The notes under the pieces: generated by a model | Databases searched by the model: none | The model's input: only the letters and a program-made list of their open reading frames with translations | What the model was told of the DNA's origin: nothing | DNA from: a virus | Taxonomy: Duplodnaviria; Caudoviricetes | Direction: 5' to 3' (one strand) | IMG/VR virus record: IMGVR_UViG_3300029318_000015 | Span: 1-44,830 of that record | DNA length: 44,830 nt | Position numbers and translations under genes: made by a program | Shown here: positions 35,801 through 44,800 of the stretch, in pieces | Layout: each line of letters opens with the position of its first letter | Numbering within the stretch: the stretch's first letter is position 1

Positions 35801-38800
35801 TCTTAAAAATCCTAAGAGGCAAAGAGCTGATAGTTTTGATTCATTTAAGGCATTGATTGATATTGAATATGACAGAAGGAATATTGCGCAATTCGAAAAA
35901 ATATCCAATCCTATCGCTAATAAATTAATCAGTGGAAATACTCAATGGTTAAACTCAATTGAATCAGCATCAGCCAAATTAGTCAAAAAGAGTTTAGCTG
36001 ATCCATCAGCAATCAAGGGTATAAAAACTCAAATAGAAAATTACAATTTAACAAAAGAAGCTCAATCAAAAGGAATCAAAGCTCAAGATGTAGTCGCGGG
36101 AAAAAGTGCAAAAGGAACCGCAAAGCAAAAAGAATATTGGAAAAAATACCGAACAACCATAAAGGATGGAAAATTCAAAAGTTTAAAAAATTTAGAGCAA
36201 GGAATTAGAGACAAAACAAAAGGCGTTATAGGAGAGTATGTAGCGGCAATAAAACAAGGTACAACAGTTAATACTAAAAATTCTTATTTTGACTTAGTAA
36301 ATGGTAAAGAAGTAAAAACAGTAAGGTCTATTGATGCTTCAAACTTATTAAAGAAAGGGGCTAATGAATACTTAAAAACAAGCAATATCTTTAATGAAAA
36401 AGCTGAGCGTAAAAATTTAAATAAGGTTACTGTGATTATGCCGCGAGACAGCAAGGTTAATTTCGCAGACGGATTCGTACCAAACTTTGTTGGCGACAAA
36501 ATCGGTTGGAAAATCGACAAGTCTAAAGGTGATTACTCTATCACAGGAAGCAGTCTTAAATTAGGTGGTTTTAGTGGATATTTAAATCAAGTATCAGAAA
36601 AAAATCCAAAAATGGTTAGCCCTGCAGCTGCCGCAAAATTCGCAAAAAGAGTTAAAGAAGCTAATGCGCAAACATTAAAAGATCGCGAAGAGGCATCGCG
36701 CAAAAACCCAATTGGCTTTGGCAGACAAGGAGCAAAACATTACAGTGCGATGAGTATGGCTGCGAACCAGGAAAGGGAGATAAGTACAAAAGGTTTATTT
36801 ATTAAAGACCTCGGCAAACATGTCAAACAATACAATAAGCACAGTATTTTTGCGGCAGATAAGTTTGGTTCGTATGATTCATTTTTTAGCCAAGGGTATA
36901 TTCCTAATCTCATCAACAAACCATTATCTAATAAAAAGCCAATTCAAAAAAGAGCGTTAGATCTTCATTGGATTAGCTCAGTTGAAAGTAGTGGAACATC
37001 AGAATTAAGAAGAATATACAAAGATATAGAGCAGTCTGCAAAAGCAGGAAAGCCTTATACTCAAATTGATGCTGGTTTTGTGGTTGGGCCTAGAATTCCA
37101 AAAATTTTAGTAGAAGGTCAAAAGCTTTTAAATAAAAAAAGGGCTAGCGGAAAAAACATTCCAAGAATGAAGCTGAATGGAGTGATGACTCCAGGTGACA
37201 TAACCAAGTATATTTATCAGAATAAAGAAAAGTTAGCCGCTGGTAGTAAATTCATTACAAAGGCAGATTACATGCCAGGAGAAGAAAAAGAGGTTGAGAA
37301 ATATCTCAGAATTATGGGTTTAGATCCATCATCTTTGAATAGCGTAGATTTAGATGAAATACGAATGTTCAGAAATGGATTTGCTAATGGATACATACCA
37401 AGCTTTGCTAATCAAGTATATGATAAAGATAAAATTCCACCACAAATAGCAGGGGAAATTTTACAAAACATTTTATCCGACAAGAAAAAGAAAGATTTGT
37501 TTATTGGCCCATCTGGCGTTGGTAAATCAACATTAGCCGCCAAATACGGAGAGTTCATTAAGAGTCTTGAGGATGCTCAAGAAGCAACTTCTTATACAAT
37601 ACTTTCTGGGGCTGGACAAACTAAAGCTGGAGGCATGTCGCCAGCATTGCAAAAAATTATCAATTCTGTAAACAAATCTGGCGGAAGAGTTTCTTATCTT
37701 TCCGCAAGCGACAAAACAATCGAAGAAAGAAGACAGAAAAGAATAGGCAGTCCATTAAAAGGAGATTTACGTTCTGAAGGACAATTAAAGGGAACGAAAC
37801 ACGCTCCGAAAAATCAACCTGATTTTATTGATACAATTAAACGGGCGGCTAATAGATTTCAAATCATTAATGCGGCTGAAGGGATCATTCCTAATTTCGC
37901 ACTTAGTAATTCTATGATAGAAGGTTTGCGCGCAAAGCTTCGTCCAGGAAGTGGAGCTACAGAAGCAGAAAAGAAGAACGCAAGAAGAATACTAGATAAA
38001 GAAGAAAGCTCAACATCATTTATTAAAGATGCAGCAATTATTGATAATCTTAAATTTTCTAAGAAGCAAGTTGAAGGCGCAATCTCAGATGTTGCAGACA
38101 AAAGAAATTCACTTGATCTTGATCCACAACCAATTGTCATTGATCAAAGAGACGCAATAAGATTTGCAGAAGAATATATCAAAAAAGTAAATAAAGCAAA
38201 ACGCGCATTTACTAATGAAAAATTATTCGGGACTCCTTTGAGCACGAGTGAAATCAGCCTAGCCTTAAAAGGTCAAGGTGGATATCAAAGAGGGAAGTAC
38301 ATACCAAAAAGATTCGAAAATATGGCTGATGGATATATTCCAAATTTTGCCAATGAACTATCTGAGGTCATCGAAAGACAAGGTTTTGTTCCTAACTATG
38401 TTATGTCGCAAAAAGATTTTGCGAAATTTAGCGTAGCTATCGCTAAGTTCAATAGGAAGAATTCAATAACACCACCATTAAAAGCTTTGGATTCAAGAGA
38501 GTTAATAAAAATTCCGAAACGCAATCCAGAAGTAGCTAGAGAAACGGTTGAAAATGTTAGACAATTTATCAGCTCTGACGAATACCGAGCTTTAAATCCA
38601 GGAATCAAAAAAGAAGTTCAAAAGCACTACAATAAAATTGCCATTAGAACTGGAGTTGCTGATGCAAGTCGTCCATTTACTCGATATTCAGATCCAAATT
38701 TTGAAGGTAGAATTGCTGCGGCTAAAGGTCTGATTCCTAATTTTGCAAATGTACTTCAAGACGCTATCGAAAGAGAAAAGTCTGCACTAAAAGAACAAGG

Positions 38801-41800
38801 CTCTTCAGCCAAGATATATGTTGATAAAGATAACAGATTGAAGAGTCCTAAGAACCCAATGGGCTTATTGGTTGCTAATCGTAGAGATGAGCCAGGTGGC
38901 GGATTCCAAGGTGTCAATCGTGCGATATCTACAGGGCTTGATCCCAAGATGCATGGAATGGCAAGTGGGTATATTCCTAATTTCGCAAGGGTTCCGACTA
39001 AAAATACTGTAGCTATGGTTGACAGCATGATAGGGAAAACGAGAGAAGTTATTGCAAGCATGGGTGCTAGTGGCAAAGCATCAGAACAAGCTAAACAGCA
39101 TTTAGAAAATCTAATAACAACATTACAAAAATTAATGACATCTGCAGATGGTACAGATCGCCAGCTCAACGAAGTCTTTTTTGCATTAGAGGACGCTACA
39201 GATACTCTGGAACAAGCGGGGAAGAACCTCACCACAGGTGATGTGAAACAGATAAAAAAAATGCAGACAGGAACACTAAAAGAACATGGTGTTGATATAG
39301 TAGATACTAAAAAAATTTCCAAAACATCAAACGATGCTACTGTAAGCTTAAAGAAACAATCACAAGCAAACAAGGAAGTTGAAAAAACTGCTGAAAGCAG
39401 TTTAGGTAAAATGATTGGTATTCAAATAGGCTTAACTACATTAGAAACAGCTTTAACGCAAACTGGAATTGTCGCCCAAGATTTTTCTCTAACAATGACT
39501 CAACTTGGTTTTGCACTTGGAGAAGGAGTTGATAGCATTGGTGATTCATTGCAGGGAACAAAATTTGAAGCTTTTGGAAATAAAATAAAAGGAGCCTCTG
39601 GAAAAATAGCTATTGCTTCGGTTGCTGCAGGTTTACTTGCAGATACCTATAATAACTTTCTTGACCCTCAAAAGAAATTAATACGCCAATTAGATAAAGA
39701 AGTAAAAGCTAGAGAAGAAGCTTTAAATGTAATCTCTCAAAACATAGAAAAAATTGATAAATTTGCGACAGCAACCGCAAGATTTTCTCAGGCTGCGGAA
39801 GCTGGAAAAGTAGAGACTGCTGGTAAGTTCATGCAGGAGCTCTTTAATCAAGCAAAAGATTTAGGCTCGTTAGATTCAAAAGCATTTGAAAATGTTATAA
39901 ACAGCATAGGAGATACAGAAAAATTAAACAAAGCAATTGCAGAGTTCAAACAAGCAGCTGCAGCTGGAAAGGATTTAAAGGTTGTTGAAAAAGATTTTGC
40001 AGAATTGATTAAAACAGTAACTCAAAAAGTTGATTCAGAGCAATTTCTTGGTATTTTTGGAGATATCGAAGATATCGATTTTAGCGAATTCGAAAATGAC
40101 ATCAAAGCTCTTGGAACGACTTTGACAAAAAATTTATCTGACCAACAGGTTTTACAATTATCTGATGCATTAAAAGGTTTTAATACTCAATCTGGAAATT
40201 CTGGAGAAAAAATGCTTCAGCTTCAATCAATATTCGGAAAATTCAGTGGTTCGACGCAAAAATTATTTTCTGAAAATGAAAAAGTTACTTCATCTACGCT
40301 TGAGCAGATTAAACAACAAGCAGAATATGCAGCAGCGGTCATTAAGGCCAAAGAGGCATTTGAAATTGCACAAAAACCAATTGAAAAACTTAATTCTAAA
40401 TTAAGCGAACTTGGCAATCAGTTAATTGCTACAGCGCAAAATACCTCGAGTGCAATAGATCTTCTTTCACAAACAGGAAAAATAGAAGCAGCATCAAATT
40501 TACAAACACTTCAAGCTACTGGAACTGTTACTCAAGAAGGTCTTGCAGCAGGGCAAGCAGCTGCCGATATAAAAAATACAATAGCTAGGTCAGCTAAAGA
40601 ACAAGAAGCTGCCTTGCAAAGTTTTGCGGGTGAAGTGATCAAAAGTGCTCAAGATGGAACAACGAAATTAGATGATGGAGTTAAAAATTTAATAGCAGGA
40701 ATAGATAAAGGGAATATTTCAAATGAGGCAGCAATTAAGGGGTTAATAGAAGTACAAAAAACTGGGAGCCCTGAGCAAAAAGATGCCGCCACAAAAACTA
40801 TAGAAGAACTTAGGAAAATTAATCAGAGCACTATCAAAGACACTGCCGTAACAAACGCAAACCTTCGTTCTCAATTAAATGCAATAAAAGCTCAGGCCAT
40901 CGATTTTCAAAGAAATACACAGTTATCAGAAGGTCAACTAGCAAGCCTTGGAAACATAAATAACACTTTCAAAAATAATAAAGGATTGCTTGAAGGTCAA
41001 TTAACTAAACTGACCGAAGTAAAAGCTTCTATAGAACTAATGGAAAAGCTTGGTGCTGATTCTGAAATTTTAGCTGAGCTTAAAGAGCAAAATAGAAGAT
41101 CGTCTCAGTTCGAAAATTTACAATCTGCTTTTGAGCAACTCACTGGTCAAACATCAGAATCCCTAGATTTACAACAGTTAAATAATGAAATATATAATTT
41201 CGATTTGTCTCAAGTCGAAAATGAAACAGCCCAATTTATTCAAGCCTTAAACGAAGCAGTAGCAGAAGCAGTAATTGCATCAAAAGATGGAGGAGTAAAA
41301 GGGCAAGAAGATGTTGAAAAAGCTAGCTTGGTAACATTTAGTAGTGACGAAATTAGTGCTTTGTCAACGGCCATGGGACAAGCCGTTTCAGACTCTTTAG
41401 CTTCTGCTTTGGGTATTGGCCCAGAACTAGCATCAGAAATCAATAAAGCAGTTGATGTAAATTTAGTAGCACGAGCAATCGAAGAATTAGCCACTAAAAA
41501 TGCAGCAAATGCCCTAAGTAATGCAGAGACCATGAAAGAGCTTAACCAAGCTCTAGTAAACTCTCTCCAAGAGGCAGATTTTGGTGCATCTTCAAATTCA
41601 TTAGAAAAGGCTGCTGCTTCATTAGAAAGAGCAGCAAAAACAATTGAAAGTAAATTTGGATCTGCTGCAGAAGGATTTGTTCCAAATTATGCACCTACAA
41701 ACGGCGTACAAAAAGCTTTACAAACCGAAAGAAAAATGGGTGCAAAGAAACCTGTTGTGGATAGCCATCCAAGTATCGGAACTTATGTAAGAGACGCCGC

Positions 41801-44800
41801 TACTCAACCAAATTTTGCTGCAGTAAAACGAGATCATCCAGAAGGGCTTAATAAAGCATCCAGAAACTCAAGAGCTATACAGGAGTTTACAAAAGCCAGA
41901 GGTTTTGTGCCGAACTTTGTATCAATAGAAGATGCTTCAACGGGATCTACCATTGCAGATACGGGTCTTGGAGCTATAGCCGCAAAAGGAATTACTAAAG
42001 CAGGCAAGAAAACAATAGACAAAATAAAAAGCATCCCAAAATCAGAATTAGCAAAAAGAACCTTAAGCAATGCTGGAAGAGTACTAAAAGGTGGTTCAGC
42101 TTTAAGCCTTGGAGGTAAAGTCATGTCTGAATTAACAGAATATTTTGTTGGAGATATCAGCGTTCCAAGTGATGCTAGGCTTGTTGAGTCTATGTATTAT
42201 GGATCTCAAAAAGGAAGAGATGTGCCTCGCTTTGTTGATGGAAACGGTTTAAGTACAGCTATGTATTGGCTGGATAAAAATAAAATAGCAGAAATAGCTG
42301 ATAGTAGGATTCCGTCAACCAAAGCTTACCTTCCAAATGATTTAGATTCGCAAGCTATTGAATTATCAAAAAAGATATTTGACCCAAGAAAAGAAGAATT
42401 GTTTGATCTTTCAAGATCAAGAATACCAGAATTAAAAGCATGGGGCAGTAAATATGCTAGAGAGGAATGGATCACAAATCTCTTATCAGACATATCTAAA
42501 TGGAGTAAAGTAACTGGAGATTGGCTTAGCATTGGGTCGGCTTTAACATTAACTGTAGCTCCAGCAACTGGCCCAGCCGCACCAATTACAGCTGGAGTGG
42601 GTTTAGCAGGAAGCGGATTATCCATTGCGTCTTATGGACTTGGTTCTGCCGCAGATATATTAAATTATTATTTAGATACAGGCATGACGACAGATCAAAT
42701 TGAAGGGTTATCCGAATCAACATTGACTCCAAAGCTTGAGCAAGCGATGCCTACAATTTTTAAGAAGAGAGCCCCTAATTCAGATTTGTTTCCTGTTTCT
42801 GCGCAAGATGCTTCAGCTCGAGTTTTAAAATCTGAACCTACTAATGTTTCGATATCAAAAGCACTGGAAGAAATTACAAAAGGTGGTTACTTTACATTAG
42901 ATGCTAATCAATTTTTAAATGGTAAAACAGGCGGTGGACCAAGATTAAAGATAGACAGCAAAGACAAACAAGCAGACTCTATAATCTCAAAATTTGCAAA
43001 AGAATATAAAGCAATAAAAGAAAATGGAGGTTTTTATGATTTTTCAAAAAGGCTCGTCGAAGAAAACGTTAATGGTAGCCCAAACTTTTTTGCAAACCTG
43101 AGTAAAATAAAAGGTTTTGAGGACGCTTTGGGGGGCGATTTTAAATTAAAGTTGCCTTTAAGTTTTGGTACAGAGATTACCGATGCTCCCACCTTATGGA
43201 GTAGCGAAGACTTAGGAAAAGCCCGTCAGGATCTTACTGAAAAAATTAAATCGCAAGAGCAGCAAAAATTAACATTAGGGCAAACGATTGAAAACTTAAA
43301 ATCTGACCAAACAGATCCTAATAGAGAAGTTAAACTCGAAGACGCTCAGAAAGAGATGGAAGTTTTAAATTCATTTATCAATCAAAATAAATCAGCCGAA
43401 AACAGAGTAAAAAATTTAAAAGCTAAATTTGATGTCTCGAAAGATTATTTTAATAAAAATAAAGGAAATTATGATAGGTTTGATGGATCCTCGTTGTTAG
43501 TTTTTCCATCACCAATCAATCAAGAAGATGTACTTAAGCTAAGGCTTCCAGAACCTCCCGCGATTAGCGATGCAGATCTGCCAAAAGATTTTTCAATCAA
43601 TGGTTACAGTCGATTAAGTTCTGGCGCTGCAGAAGCAATAACCCAAATAAATAACAAACAAACCGACTCAATCAACAAGATAAAAGAATTGTTGGCATTA
43701 GATTTTTCTGACTACCTACAAAACACTGCTCTTCTCAGGCCACAGGGGGTATCAAAAGGAATTGATGAAGCGACAAAATTTCTATCTAAACAAAAAGAAG
43801 ATACAACAATACTAGGTTTAAAAGTTGGCGAAAAAGAAGTGTTTGGAGCAGAAATCGCTCAACTGAAAGAAGAGAAAAGAGTTATTGATAAATTTGACAA
43901 AGGAGAAGATCTTGGTGGTAAAGATGCCGAAATAGCACAAAATATTTTTGGTAACGAAGGTCTTGACGCTGCAGATAAAATTAAACAGCAGGAGAAAGAA
44001 CTCAAAAACAAACAAAATAACATTCGGGACGCATTATATTTGCAAACCCTAGGCAAAAGAGCCGAAGGCTTTATGGGAGAAAATGCAATACTCGAGGCTA
44101 GATCAAGAATTGATAGAATTAATGATAAAAAGGCTGGTCTTATATCAGCATTAGATGGCATCATCGCAGAAAGAGAAAGAAGGCTTAAAATCATAAGTAA
44201 TCGCCCTCAAAGATCGGGAGATGATAAAATGATTGAAAGATTTAGTACAGAAAAACAAGCCGCACAGCAAAGAAAAGAACTTTACAATTCACCACAAGGA
44301 ACTCCATTTTTATATTTCACGAATGGAATCCCACAAGAGATTAATGGAATTAGAATGCCTGCGCCAATATGGGAATCTGATGAAAACCATAATGAAAAAT
44401 TCAAAAAGATTCAGCAGGTAATAAAAATGCAAGAACAGGGAGTGGGCTTAGGAAAATTTGTTGGAGATATGACGAATATTGATTTGCTCGCAATGATGAG
44501 AGACCAGCCTTTAAATAATGGCGCTCTTTTAGGTGCAGAATTCGAGGATAATTTTGGCCAAGCAAATGTTGAGCAAAGAAGAGCAGTGCTTGAAAGATTA
44601 GGTTTAGTTTCTCAAAAAATGAATCAAAATCAATTAGAGAATTTATTTGCAGATCCAGCAAGTTTTGGAGACGCTCAAAAGCTTGGGCAGGTAATGAGTA
44701 CTATCAGAGAGAATTTAAAATCTTTATCTGGTGGAGATAACGCTTTCGGGTTTTTAGTAGATGAAGTTTTATTTCATAGTAAAGAAGCAGAGCAAAAAGC

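Noticed and set aside
32921-44661. Many short ORFs listed in the track across 32.9-44.7 kb
   Set aside because: They are antisense or off-frame shadows of the single long tape-measure frame starting at 32853.
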